Source of the DNA: an uncultured delta proteobacterium
Lineage (GTDB): Bacteria > Desulfobacterota > WTBG01 > CAIYCZ01
Assembly (NCBI GenBank): GCA_963803975.1
Contig: CAWDOY010000014.1
Location: 1-64,000 of the forward strand
Direction: 5' to 3'
DNA: 64,000 bases
Shown one piece after another: positions 10,576-20,323 of this stretch (position 1 is the first letter of the stretch; each line of letters opens with the position of its first letter). Made by a program: the position numbers and the translations under genes. The notes below the pieces were generated by a model. It was not told where the DNA came from and made no database searches. It saw nothing but the letters and a program-made list of their open reading frames with translations.

Positions 10576-11139
10576 CTATTTTTCGCTCAGCACCAGAGCG
10601 ATTACTGTTTTTTCCTGCTCCCGGTTGACGGTAACATTCAGCTCTTTTCCTCCCTTTTCACCCTGCAGCAGGGCGGTGTTACCCATGTTCATTTCCCCCT
10701 TGACTTCCCATCCAGCCTGGCTAAAGGCCTTCTTATAAAACTGAATAACCTTTCCCGGATCATCATCAGTATTCAGGCTTGCCATAACATTTTTCCCGTT
10801 TTCCATGATCTGAGTCATCTGCACTTGAGCGGGTGAATAAACGGGAATATCTTTCGGGAAATTATCGGGCAGCTTGTTCTTGTTATATGAAATAATCGAT
10901 TCACCGTCTTTGGTTTTTATTTTGACCTGGCCCTGGTTTTCGTCCCCCTCAACAGTCACATCCTCATTCTCATTTTTAACCTCAACCTTTTTACCATTCT
11001 CCTTTACGGTTACTTTACCCTGCTCGGTCTCAAATGATTTTTCTCTGCTGCAGGCGCTCAGGGCAAAGCAGGCCAGGATGATGACCAGAGAAATGTGCAG
11101 TACTGCATACCCATTATTTTTCGTCGCATAATAAAACAT
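10576..11139 (-). CDS. Hypothetical lipoprotein
   Basis: Hydrophobic signal ending LSAC, beta-rich region, KLPDNFPKDIPVY motif. Confidence 0.7.
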   Translation of the reverse strand: MFYYATKNNGYAVLHISLVIILACFALSACSREKSFETEQGKVTVKENGKKVEVKNENEDVTVEGDENQGQVKIKTKDGESIISYNKNKLPDNFPKDIPVYSPAQVQMTQIMENGKNVMASLNTDDDPGKVIQFYKKAFSQAGWEVKGEMNMGNTALLQGEKGGKELNVTVNREQEKTVIALVLSEK

Positions 11140-11259
11140 TGCGCTACCCTCCCCAAAAGTTTTCCGGTCTAAAAAATAGAAAGGCAGTCCGTATGGTAAA
11201 CTATACAGGCTGCCCCTCTAATCACCGTATTATATCGAGCGTTATCTGAACATAATGAC

Positions 11260-11805
11260 TTACAGACACTGCACTGCCCAGACTAAGAGCACCGGCGCGA
11301 ATATTATCAGACCTACGATAAGCAGTATCAAACAATAGGTGGAATCCGCCATTATGGAAATTGAATTGTTTACGTCATCATATTGCTGAATTGCAGGGCC
11401 GGAACCTTCAACCGTTACCTTGAAATTCTTGCAGGTAATAATCTTGCCGGAAGCAGTGTAGATTTTTAATGTATCAAAAATACCGGATGATTCAGTCACA
11501 AAAATGAACTGCCCCTTATCCCTGATATCTACACATAACAGATTCAGTTTGTTGCCCTGATGCTGTCCGGCAGGAATCAGATATGCCGCAACATTTGGTA
11601 ATATAACTGTTTTTCCATCGGCAATATCTTCTATGCTGCCGCCCAGCTTCTCAACCACTCCTATCATCTTACCGCCAAGCTCAGAAGCTAAAACAGCCTT
11701 TACCGCATCTACCGCCACGCCAGCCTGAACAGACGCAGACCACGCCTGCAAAGGCAGACACAGCATAAGAACAGACAACAACAAACAGGTTCTTAATCTT
11801 TTCAT
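11260..11805 (-). CDS. Hypothetical exported protein with C-terminal hydrophobic helix
   Basis: Signal peptide ending QAWSA, GGAGG RBS, C-terminal TM bounded by Cys residues. Confidence 0.65.
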   Translation of the reverse strand: MKRLRTCLLLSVLMLCLPLQAWSASVQAGVAVDAVKAVLASELGGKMIGVVEKLGGSIEDIADGKTVILPNVAAYLIPAGQHQGNKLNLLCVDIRDKGQFIFVTESSGIFDTLKIYTASGKIITCKNFKVTVEGSGPAIQQYDDVNNSISIMADSTYCLILLIVGLIIFAPVLLVWAVQCL

Positions 11806-11966
11806 ACGATCGCCCTCCTTTAAAAAAAATAATATATGTAGTTTTTTTCAGTATTACTCCTGTTTGATGCACACTGCAAGTAAAAAGATAGCCGGGTTAT
11901 GAAAAACTAAAAAAAGCAACGTATTATTGCTCATTATGGGGTGTCGGGGAAATAGAGGCGTGGGTA

Positions 11967-12368
11967 TTATGAGGCGGTGATGGCGTATTTTTCTTTAATC
12001 GCCATGCTGTCTTGAACCAGCTTTTGCAGCTGCTCGTCCCGGAACGGTTTGAAAACGATGAAATCAATTCCCTTGCTCCGCAATTCTGCTACTTCCATAT
12101 TAAGCGTCCAGGCGGTAATTAAGGCTACCGGAGTAGTGCTGCTGATGGTTTTAATCTCCTCTGCAAGCTGCCAGCCGGACATTTCCGGCATGATGAGGTC
12201 GGTAAAAACCATGTCAAAATTTTTACTGATAAACAGCTCCAGGCCTTTCCTGCCGTTGCCGGCTGCTTCTACATGGTGGCCATCCTCATTGAGGATTTCA
12301 CATATTAGCTCCCGCACTGCATCGTCATCTTCTACGACTAATATCGAGATATTTTTTTCTTCGGGCAC
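11967..12368 (-). CDS. Single-domain response regulator (CheY-like receiver)
   Basis: ILVVEDD, VFTDLIMPEMSG, KPF. Confidence 0.9.
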   Translation of the reverse strand: MPEEKNISILVVEDDDAVRELICEILNEDGHHVEAAGNGRKGLELFISKNFDMVFTDLIMPEMSGWQLAEEIKTISSTTPVALITAWTLNMEVAELRSKGIDFIVFKPFRDEQLQKLVQDSMAIKEKYAITAS

Positions 12369-12583
12369 AGTTAAATGCCTTTCTCATCGGGGTGGTTCAT
12401 GGTGAGGCGAACAGTATAACGTCTAAAGTGTTATCGGGCACACCAAGGCTAAACTTTACGCATTGGTAAACTATTTTCCTCCCGGCGGCAGATAAATTAT
12501 TGTTTTGCTTTGCAGAAAAATATGGTTAAATAGCGCTGTTGTCAATCTAAAAGTTTTCTGGAAGACAAGGTAATGAAAAATTA

Positions 12584-12640
12584 AAATCTGGAACTCAAGA
12601 AATCAGGAAAATTATTCTCGGGAGTTTCTGAGTTCCAGAT
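12584..12640. repeat. Dispersed hairpin repeat (GGAACTCAAGAAATCAGGA), copy 1
   Basis: ctggaactcaagaaatcagga...tttctgagttccag; same 19-mer at about 21711. Confidence 0.6.
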
Positions 12641-12716
12641 AGAGCTTCCCCTGTTTTTTGTGAATTTGTGATTTTGTATTAACAATAGTGCTGCGCACGC
12701 GCCAGGGAGCACCCGC

Positions 12717-13377
12717 ATGAAAAAATTGATCGCACCATCAATACTGTCTGCAGATTTCACCTGTCTGGAAAAAGAGATTAAGGCGGTGGAAGCAGCCGGG
12801 GCTGACTATATTCATATTGATATCATGGATGGGCATTTTGTGCCCAACATTACCGTCGGCACGCTGATCGTTGAGGCAGCACGAAGATGCACTAAACTGC
12901 CGCTTGACGTGCACCTGATGATAGAAAATCCTGACTGCTATATAGACGATTTTATAACGGCGGGGAGTTCCATCCTCACGGTCCATCCCGAGGTGTGCTA
13001 CCATCTGCAGCGCACGCTGAAATTAATAAAAGAAAAGGGGGCCCGTCCTGCAGTGGCCTTGAACCCGGCTACGCCCCTCTGCACGCTGGAGCATGTTCTC
13101 CCTGATGTGGAGATGATTCTCATCATGACTGTCAACCCCGGGTTCGGCGGGCAGAAGTTTATCGCCACCATGCTGCCAGAAGCTGCGGCAGCTCAAGGAA
13201 CTGCTTGACCGCGCTGGCGTGACCGTACCCATTGAGGTGGATGGCGGTATTGTGGTGGACAATATAGCAGATGTTTCCCGGGCCGGCGGAGATATTTTTG
13301 TTTCCGGGTCCGGCATTTTTAAAACCGCGGATTACGCACAGACCATCGCGGAGATGAAGAAGCGGATTACTTCCTGA
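12717..13377 (+). CDS. rpe: Ribulose-phosphate 3-epimerase, one indel near 13178
   Basis: IAPSILSADF, HIDIMDGHFVPNIT, DVHLMI, MTVNPGFGGQKF; IEVDGG and FVSGS continue in another frame to TGA 13377. Confidence 0.93.
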
Positions 13378-13379
13378 CG

Positions 13380-14384
13380 CTACCGCTGATATTTGTTTAC
13401 AGCGACATTGTGCTCGGGCAGGGTTTCAGAGAAGTGATGGGTGCCGTCATTCTTTGAGACGAAGTAGAGATACGTGACCGGTACCGGATTGAGAACTGCC
13501 TGGATGGAGTCAAGCCCGGGGCTGCAGATTGGCCCTGGCGGCAGGCCGTAATTGAGGTAGGTGTTATACGGGCTTATCTTCCGGAGATGATTTTTAGTAA
13601 GCCGTTCATTAAAGGCAGGGTTCTCCAGCCGTAAACTGTAGATTACGGTCGGGTCACAGTCAAGGCGCATTCCTTTCTTGAGACGGTTTAAAAACACCGC
13701 TGCCACCATGGGCTTTTCGCGTGATGCAGCGGTTTCTTTTTCCACCAGCGAGGCAAGGATAACCACGTCTTTTATAGAGAGCCCCAGCTTCTTCGCCTGC
13801 CCCGCCATCGTCTGATCAAACAGCCGGTTAAAGCGCTCGACCATCCGTTTTAAAATTATCTCAGGACTGCTCCCCCGGTTAAACTTGTACGTTTCAGGGA
13901 AGAGATAGCCTTCAAGGCTTGCGCCGGCAATTCCCAGCGCGGCTGCGAACTTTGCGTCTGTTGCCTTCTTGAGAATGACCGGGCCCGGGCACAGCCCGGC
14001 ACTGTCGATGTTTCGCGCCACATCAAAAATGGTGCTGCCCTCGGGAAATGTTATCAGATAGGCAACAACGTCGCCCCGCGCCATTTTATGTAACAGCGCA
14101 AGAGGAGTCGCCGGCAGGCTGAATTGATATTCACCGAACTTGAGGCCGCGCTCCATTGCGAGCAGCTTTGCCAGCACTTTGAATCGAAACCGTCCGCGGA
14201 TTGCCCCGGCCTCCTCAAGCAGCGAGGCGATTTTATTCAGGCTGCTGCCCTGGGGGATTTCAATAGGCACTGCACCTGGTTTTCCATGAGATGGTGCGGT
14301 AACTGCGAAGAGAGCAAAGCTGAGGACGAAGACCAGAGCGGAAACAAAGCAGATTAAAACAATGGTCAGGAAACGATGTTTCAC
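13380..14384 (-). CDS. mltG: Endolytic transglycosylase MltG
   Basis: N-terminal TM, LEGYLFPETY, LASLVEKE, SPYNTY..GLPPGPI, YLYFV. Confidence 0.95.
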   Translation of the reverse strand: MKHRFLTIVLICFVSALVFVLSFALFAVTAPSHGKPGAVPIEIPQGSSLNKIASLLEEAGAIRGRFRFKVLAKLLAMERGLKFGEYQFSLPATPLALLHKMARGDVVAYLITFPEGSTIFDVARNIDSAGLCPGPVILKKATDAKFAAALGIAGASLEGYLFPETYKFNRGSSPEIILKRMVERFNRLFDQTMAGQAKKLGLSIKDVVILASLVEKETAASREKPMVAAVFLNRLKKGMRLDCDPTVIYSLRLENPAFNERLTKNHLRKISPYNTYLNYGLPPGPICSPGLDSIQAVLNPVPVTYLYFVSKNDGTHHFSETLPEHNVAVNKYQR

Positions 14385-14537
14385 GGAGGAAAGCTTTCTT
14401 TTATAGTGCTGCAGTCAGGGTATTTCTGGAAGATACTTATCGCGCAACCGTGTCGCCATACTGCTGTTGCAGAGATCCGCGCATGGTGGAGAAGACCCGG
14501 AATTCTACGGTGCTGAATGTTACCAGCTGCAAAATGA

Positions 14538-14574
14538 AAGAAGGCCCTGCTCGCTATGAAGCAGGGCCGTTCTT
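14538..14574 (-). terminator. Intrinsic terminator hairpin downstream of the amidase gene
   Basis: ggccctgct-loop-agcagggcc flanked by A/T tracts. Confidence 0.6.
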
Positions 14575-14600
14575 TTATCAGTTACTGAATTTTCAATTGG

Positions 14601-15515
14601 TTACCATTCCTCAGGGTAATAGCCCAGGTACTCTTCATAGATGTCTGTTCTCCGGTCGGTCATCGGGTTATTGAATTCAGACCAGTGCCGGTAGCGTGCC
14701 AGCATCAGATTGATCTCTGCCATGACAATCTCCGGCTTATCAGGAGAGCCGGGCCCGGCCACAAAACCGCCGGCAGGATCGGTAATGCAGCTGTTGCCGA
14801 TATACACGCAGTCCCGCTCCACGCCGACACGGTCTGCGCAGATGCTGTAAACCGCGTTCATTAAAGACATCTGCTGGGCGGAGAAAGCGGCGGTTGGCTT
14901 GTCCTTGGTCTGCAGGGGCGGAACCTCAACCCAGTTTGTGGAGTCGCAGATAATGTCCGCGCCCTGGGCAGAATAGATCCGCGTCACTTCGGGAAACCAC
15001 ACATCATAGCAGACGCGGCAGCCGATCTTGCCGAAGGGAAGGTTGAATACCGGGTATCCCAGGTTCCCGGGCTCGAACCAGAGCTTCTCTTCATTCCAGA
15101 GGTGGGTCTTGCGGTAGGTGCCGATGTGCCCTTCAGGGCCGACCACGGCAACGCTGTTATAGAGGAGATTGCCCTCCCGCTCGGTGATCCCGGCACAGAT
15201 GTAGGCATTATGTTTTTCCGCGGCTTTAATCCATTCCCTGGTGGTCGGGCCATCAGGCACTTCTTCTGCCATGGCGAAGGCCTCTTCACGGGAGTTGTAG
15301 ATGTATCCGGTGTTACACAACTCCGGCAGCACCATGAGCTTGACGCCCATTTTGCCTGCTTCGTCAATCATTTTGAGGGTCTCTTCAATATTGCGATCCT
15401 TGTTGCAAATCTGCGGTTCCATCTGCAGTGCGGCCACCTTGATCAGACTCTCTTTGCCCTTCTCGCGTTTGCCCGGATAGGGAGGCACTGGAAATTGCTG
15501 AAATTTAGTAGTCAT
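14601..15515 (-). CDS. Nitrilase-superfamily carbon-nitrogen hydrolase (amidase)
   Basis: Glu-Lys-Cys triad: LPELC, YRKTHLW, VCYDVWFPE. Confidence 0.9.
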   Translation of the reverse strand: MTTKFQQFPVPPYPGKREKGKESLIKVAALQMEPQICNKDRNIEETLKMIDEAGKMGVKLMVLPELCNTGYIYNSREEAFAMAEEVPDGPTTREWIKAAEKHNAYICAGITEREGNLLYNSVAVVGPEGHIGTYRKTHLWNEEKLWFEPGNLGYPVFNLPFGKIGCRVCYDVWFPEVTRIYSAQGADIICDSTNWVEVPPLQTKDKPTAAFSAQQMSLMNAVYSICADRVGVERDCVYIGNSCITDPAGGFVAGPGSPDKPEIVMAEINLMLARYRHWSEFNNPMTDRRTDIYEEYLGYYPEEW

Positions 15516-15677
15516 CGTTGTCTCCTTTTTTCTAACACTGGTTAATCCCCTAAAAACTCTCTACACCGCTTCTATTACTCCATATCTAAAATTTATGCAA
15601 CCTTCTGCTGCTATCTTTTACTTCCCGTGTCTGCCGTGGGCGAAGCACAAAACGGGGAATGCGCCCTGCCGGTTATA

Positions 15678-17279
15678 TTATTTTTTCGCCGGGGCAAGCC
15701 CCAGCTTTGCAACCGCTTCTTTTCTCAGGATGTTTTTCTGCACCTTGCCGATTGAGGTCTTGGGGAATTCTGCCCTGAACTCAACAAAGCTCGGCACCTT
15801 GAATTTGGCCAGCTTATCGGCGCACCAGTCAATAATCTCCTTGGGCTCGCAGGTCTGTCCTTCCTGCAGGATGACCATCGCCATGATCGCCTCATCGCGC
15901 ACCGGGTCAGGCACGCCGATGACCGACACTTCTTTTACCTTGGGGTGAATGCTGATGACGAATTCAACCTCGATGGCCGCCACATTTTCACCGCCGCGCT
16001 TGATCATGTCTTTTTTCCGGTCCACGAAATGGAAGTACCCGTCCTCATCCATGTAGGCATTGTCCCCGGTGTAGAGCCAGCCGTCGCGGATCGTCTCTTT
16101 GGTTGCCTCCGGGTTTTTGAAATAGCCTTTCATGATGGTCCTGCCGGGGATGCCTTGAACCACAATTTCGCCAATCGTTCCGGAGGGCACTTCCTTACCG
16201 TTCTCATCAATCACCTTAATGTCATTTCCTATCCGGGGGATACCGATGCAGTTTTTCTTCATTACCCCGTCCACGGGATTCATCGTTGTTGCCGCCAGCG
16301 TTTCCGTCATGCCCCACAGGTCACAGAGCCGGACTTTGAAGCGCGACTCAAACTCGTCCCACTTTTCATCGGGGATGGCAATGGCATACATGACCAGGCG
16401 GAAGCTGTTTTTCCCGTCAAGTTCAGCCGGGGGCTGGGCAAGAATCATATTCACGGTTGCCGCCACCAGGCTGGTGGTGGTTGCCCGGTGCCGGCGCACT
16501 TGCTCCATGTATTTGGAGGCGCTGAACTGTTCAGCCATGATGAGGGTCGCGCCGGCAGTGAGGGTCGGCATGACCGAGATAAACTGGCCGTTAACATGAA
16601 AGAGCGGCAGCACAATGAAGTGCCGGTCTTCGGGCACTACTTTCCACCACTGTGCGCCAAACATGCCGGCAAACAGGGCATTGGCGTGGGTCAGCTGCAC
16701 TGCCTTGGGCCGCGCCGTCGTGCCGGAGGTGAAGAGCATCATCAGGTCGTCTTCTCCATCAATGGCAACCGGCGGAACTGCGGCTGAGGTATCTTTCAGA
16801 ATATCGGCGATGACGGTTGCCTTTGGATAGAGCTTGCTGTTCGGGTAGATGGGGGCGGTGCGGGCCAGCAGCACGTGTTTGACCTGGGGACACTTGGGCA
16901 GGATGCCGGTGAACATGTCCATGTAGTTGGGCTCAGTTATGATGGCAACCGATTCCGAGAACTCCACATAATACTCCATCTCAAACGCGCCGGAAAAAAT
17001 ATTGGTGGGGATCATCACCGCGCCGATTTTGGCAAGGGCAAACCATGAGAACAGATACTCCGGGGAATTGGCAAGGTGCACGACCACCTTGTCATTCTTG
17101 CTGACGCCCTTAGCAAGCAGGATGTTTGCATACTTGTTGACCATCTCGTCCATCTGCCGGTAGGTGTACTCGATGACATTTCCCAGCCGGTCCTCAAATA
17201 CAATAAAGGGCTTGTCAGCAAACTGCTTAACTTTGAGCTCGATCACCATTCTTAAGTTTTTTGTTCCTATGCAATCCAT
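15678..17279 (-). CDS. Acyl-CoA ligase, crotonobetaine/carnitine-CoA ligase (CaiC)-like
   Basis: FTSGTTARPKAV, WGMTET, GWLYTGD, VDRKKDMIKRGGENV, PKTSIGK. Confidence 0.85.
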   Translation of the reverse strand: MDCIGTKNLRMVIELKVKQFADKPFIVFEDRLGNVIEYTYRQMDEMVNKYANILLAKGVSKNDKVVVHLANSPEYLFSWFALAKIGAVMIPTNIFSGAFEMEYYVEFSESVAIITEPNYMDMFTGILPKCPQVKHVLLARTAPIYPNSKLYPKATVIADILKDTSAAVPPVAIDGEDDLMMLFTSGTTARPKAVQLTHANALFAGMFGAQWWKVVPEDRHFIVLPLFHVNGQFISVMPTLTAGATLIMAEQFSASKYMEQVRRHRATTTSLVAATVNMILAQPPAELDGKNSFRLVMYAIAIPDEKWDEFESRFKVRLCDLWGMTETLAATTMNPVDGVMKKNCIGIPRIGNDIKVIDENGKEVPSGTIGEIVVQGIPGRTIMKGYFKNPEATKETIRDGWLYTGDNAYMDEDGYFHFVDRKKDMIKRGGENVAAIEVEFVISIHPKVKEVSVIGVPDPVRDEAIMAMVILQEGQTCEPKEIIDWCADKLAKFKVPSFVEFRAEFPKTSIGKVQKNILRKEAVAKLGLAPAKK

Positions 17280-17683
17280 CTTCCTCCTCCTTGTTTTTAT
17301 ATCCCGTAGTTCTCCGGGAGGTTAACCTTCATAACGTGGCTGGAACGCAAAACAGCTGCTATACCGTAGTGAAAGGCGGGAATCAGTGAAGAAAGGTTTT
17401 TCAATCAGCACGAGTCTGGTCCAGGCCATGGGGTCCTCATAGTATCGGCAGAGATACTGGTTCAGTGCGCGATGAGACGCAGGCAGCAGTTCATCCGAAG
17501 GTAAAAGACTAATGAGCTATCGTGTATCCCTTCTCAGTCTGGACGGCATACGATCAGTTTTAGCATGCGGAAAACCAATATGGTGCAGTTAACTCTTTAA
17601 ATATAAAACCGCTTGAATGTCAAGGATTTTTAAAAAAAGAAGGTGAAAAATAGCTGCAGGAGAAGAACCGTGGCTTTAAATTT

Positions 17684-18217
17684 TTATACGGCAATTTTAG
17701 GGTGCAGCGGTTTTTTCAGTTCCCTGGTTCTTTCCTCGATAATGGTTTTAAAGGGGGCGGGGAATATGGTTGCCATCTTTTCAATAAACGGAATACTTTG
17801 CAGTGAAATCCGGGACTCCTTGAGCAGTTTGCTGCCGGGAGGAGCAAGCATAAGGAGCATGATTATAATAAGGCAGGCAATAAGATAGCCCTTGGCAATC
17901 CCGATAAAAAAGCCCGCCAACCGGTCAAGCGGGCTCAAGCGAATGAATTTAATGAATTTTGCAATAAGCCAGCCGGCTATAGTGATGCCGAGATACACCA
18001 GGATAAAGATACCGGTAAATGAGATAATGGTTCGGGCCCACGGGTTATCAATATAGGGGATGATGAATGCTGAAAGCATGGCGTAGTAGCGGGACGATAT
18101 AATAACACCTGCGATCAGGGCCAGGAGGGAAAATATTTCACGGACAGCGCCCCGCAGGGTGCTGCGGATGGCAAAGAAGGCTATTATGGCACAGAGGAAG
18201 ATGTCAAAATAATTCAT
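17684..18217 (-). CDS. cvpA: CvpA-family membrane protein
   Basis: MNYFDI...RGAVREIFSL and LSPLDRLAGFFIG motifs; four TM helices. Confidence 0.88.
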   Translation of the reverse strand: MNYFDIFLCAIIAFFAIRSTLRGAVREIFSLLALIAGVIISSRYYAMLSAFIIPYIDNPWARTIISFTGIFILVYLGITIAGWLIAKFIKFIRLSPLDRLAGFFIGIAKGYLIACLIIIMLLMLAPPGSKLLKESRISLQSIPFIEKMATIFPAPFKTIIEERTRELKKPLHPKIAV

Positions 18218-18251
18218 GAACGTGCCGAAACCTCACCGCTAACGTGAAGGG

Positions 18252-18563
18252 TCAGTGAACTAAATTTTCCAGTTTTTTATTATAGGGAAAGACCACCTTG
18301 TCGCTGCTGAAGGGGTCACGGGCATATATCTTCTTGCACTTTTCGCAGAGCACAAAGGAAATCTCCTGGTACACATCATCTTCGAGCTCCTGGGCATCCA
18401 TGGTATCCACATTTTGCAGCACTGCCTGTATCTCTTCAGAAAGGTCGTCATCAGTATAGGGAAGCACGCCATCAAAATCAGAAAGTATCTGGATATGCAC
18501 CATGTATTTCAGACTTCCCTCGGTAAGCGATTTTCCGCAGCGGGCACAGAATTTATCAGACAT
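18252..18563 (-). CDS. Hypothetical zinc-ribbon protein
   Basis: CARC...CEKC pairs around an acidic insert; GAGG RBS. Confidence 0.7.
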   Translation of the reverse strand: MSDKFCARCGKSLTEGSLKYMVHIQILSDFDGVLPYTDDDLSEEIQAVLQNVDTMDAQELEDDVYQEISFVLCEKCKKIYARDPFSSDKVVFPYNKKLENLVH

Positions 18564-18610
18564 TAGTTACCTCGCATATAAAAGAGCTGTCAGCTGAAAG
18601 CTGTCTGCTT

Positions 18611-19039
18611 CTATATATTATATAGTTCTTTCCCCAGGGTCTTGACCCAGTTGCGCTTGAGCACGTCCTCAGCCTCTTCGGTTCTGTCCACGCCGAGTAT
18701 CACAATCGCCTGGTCGCTCACCCGGCCCAGATAGGGGTAGAGATACAGGACATTAATGCCGGCGTTCTTGAGCGGTTTCAGCACGGCATTGACGCCTCCC
18801 GGGTGGTCAGGGCATTCTACTGCCAGAACCTCGGTTTCCTTAGAGGCATAGCCATGGCCGCGTAAAATATGTACTGCCTTTACCGGGTCATCAACGATCA
18901 AACGAACCGTGCTGATATCAGAGGTGTCTGCCACTGATATGGCCCGGATATTAAGCCCTTCTTTGCCCAGCAGCTCGCTGATATTGGAGAGCATTCCCGG
19001 GATATTTTCAAGGCTCACAGAAATCTGCTTTATGAACAT
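18611..19039 (-). CDS. Tandem ACT-domain protein
   Basis: QISVSLENIPGML, NIRAISVADT, PDHPGG, INVLYLY. Confidence 0.88.
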   Translation of the reverse strand: MFIKQISVSLENIPGMLSNISELLGKEGLNIRAISVADTSDISTVRLIVDDPVKAVHILRGHGYASKETEVLAVECPDHPGGVNAVLKPLKNAGINVLYLYPYLGRVSDQAIVILGVDRTEEAEDVLKRNWVKTLGKELYNI

Positions 19040-19046
19040 GGGCAGC

Positions 19047-19586
19047 TCACTCCTTTATATAATTATACCCTGCCTCCAGGGCTTCCTTATTTATTTTTAT
19101 AAGCTTTGCTTTTCCTTCCCCCAGTATTTCAGGCAGATTTTTCAGCATAAGCTGAAACGAGACCAGGTTGCTCACCTTGATGAAAGCCCCCAGCATTACC
19201 ATGTTGGCCGCCCTGATGCTGCCCAGTTTTTCTGCCAGTTCGCTCGTCGGAACCTCAATGACCTCTATATCACCCCGCGCTGCTGCAACATTCACCAGCG
19301 TGGAGTTGACCAGTATCAGGCCGCCGGTCTGGAGCGTGCTTTGAAACTTGAGAAAAGACGGCTGGTTCATGGAAACAACGAAATCAGGCTCAGAAGCTAC
19401 CGGTGAGGCTATCTCCTCATCTCCTATCGCCACGGTACAGTTGGCAGTGCCGCCGCGCACTTCAGCACCATAGGAGGGAAGATAGGTGACGTACTTTCCC
19501 TGCAGCATGGCAGCGTTTGCCAGTGTGTTCCCCATGGACAGCACCCCCTGACCGCCGAATCCTGAAAATATCGTCTTGATCAACAT
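19047..19586 (-). CDS. 2-oxoacid:ferredoxin oxidoreductase gamma subunit
   Basis: SGFGGQGVL, PSYGAEVRGGTANC, ANMVMLGA. Confidence 0.93.
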   Translation of the reverse strand: MLIKTIFSGFGGQGVLSMGNTLANAAMLQGKYVTYLPSYGAEVRGGTANCTVAIGDEEIASPVASEPDFVVSMNQPSFLKFQSTLQTGGLILVNSTLVNVAAARGDIEVIEVPTSELAEKLGSIRAANMVMLGAFIKVSNLVSFQLMLKNLPEILGEGKAKLIKINKEALEAGYNYIKE

Positions 19587-20323
19587 TTCGTCTCTTTTAT
19601 CACTCCCAGCGGAAATACTTTGCTCATCACGTCATCGATCCAGGCGCATGACTCAACCGAGTTCAGCTTCCAGTTGGTCGGGCACGGGGAAAGAATTTCA
19701 ACCAGTGAAAAGCCGGTTTTTTTGAGCTGGTACTGGAATGCTTTGGCAATAGCTTTTTTTGTGTTTCTGATAGCTGCCGGCTTGTTCACGGCGACACGCT
19801 CAAGGTAGGCCGGAGCGCCAAGCTGAGCGAGCACTTCGCAGACTTTTATGGGGTGCCCTTCACGTCCCGGGTCCCGTCCTGCGGGAGAGGTGGTAGTTTT
19901 CTGCCCCAGCAGGCTGGTGGGAGCCATCTGCCCGCCGGTCATCCCGTAGACCGCATTATTGACAAAAAAAATCGTAATCTGTTCGCCGCGGTTGGCAGCA
20001 TGGAGTGTTTCAGCAGTGCCGATAGCAGCCAGGTCTCCATCACCCTGATAGGAAAAGACCAGGTTCTCGGGCCGCACCCGCTTGATGCCGGTTGCCACTG
20101 CTGCACCGCGGCCGTGCGGCGCTTCCACCATGTCTATATCAATATAATCGTAGGCCAGCACGGCGCAGCCTGCCGGCGGCACGCAGATGGCTTTTTCCCG
20201 CAGGTCCATTTCATCAAGCACTTCAGCAATCAGACGGTGCATAATGCTGTGTCCGCATCCCGGGCAGTAGTGATTGGGAACGTTCTTTAACGAGCGCGGG
20301 CGCGCGTAAACCTTTTTCATCAC
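19580..20323 (-). CDS. 2-oxoacid:ferredoxin oxidoreductase beta (TPP-binding) subunit
   Basis: YCPGCGH, GDGDLAAIG...NNAVYGMTGGQ, SPCPTNW. Confidence 0.93.
   Translation of the reverse strand: MMKKVYARPRSLKNVPNHYCPGCGHSIMHRLIAEVLDEMDLREKAICVPPAGCAVLAYDYIDIDMVEAPHGRGAAVATGIKRVRPENLVFSYQGDGDLAAIGTAETLHAANRGEQITIFFVNNAVYGMTGGQMAPTSLLGQKTTTSPAGRDPGREGHPIKVCEVLAQLGAPAYLERVAVNKPAAIRNTKKAIAKAFQYQLKKTGFSLVEILSPCPTNWKLNSVESCAWIDDVMSKVFPLGVIKETKC

Noticed and set aside
12717..13377. rpe (and dinB, gspF, R-M genes) as true pseudogenes or programmed frameshifts
   Set aside because: Single indels in otherwise intact genes with no slippery site plus stimulator; sequencing error is more likely
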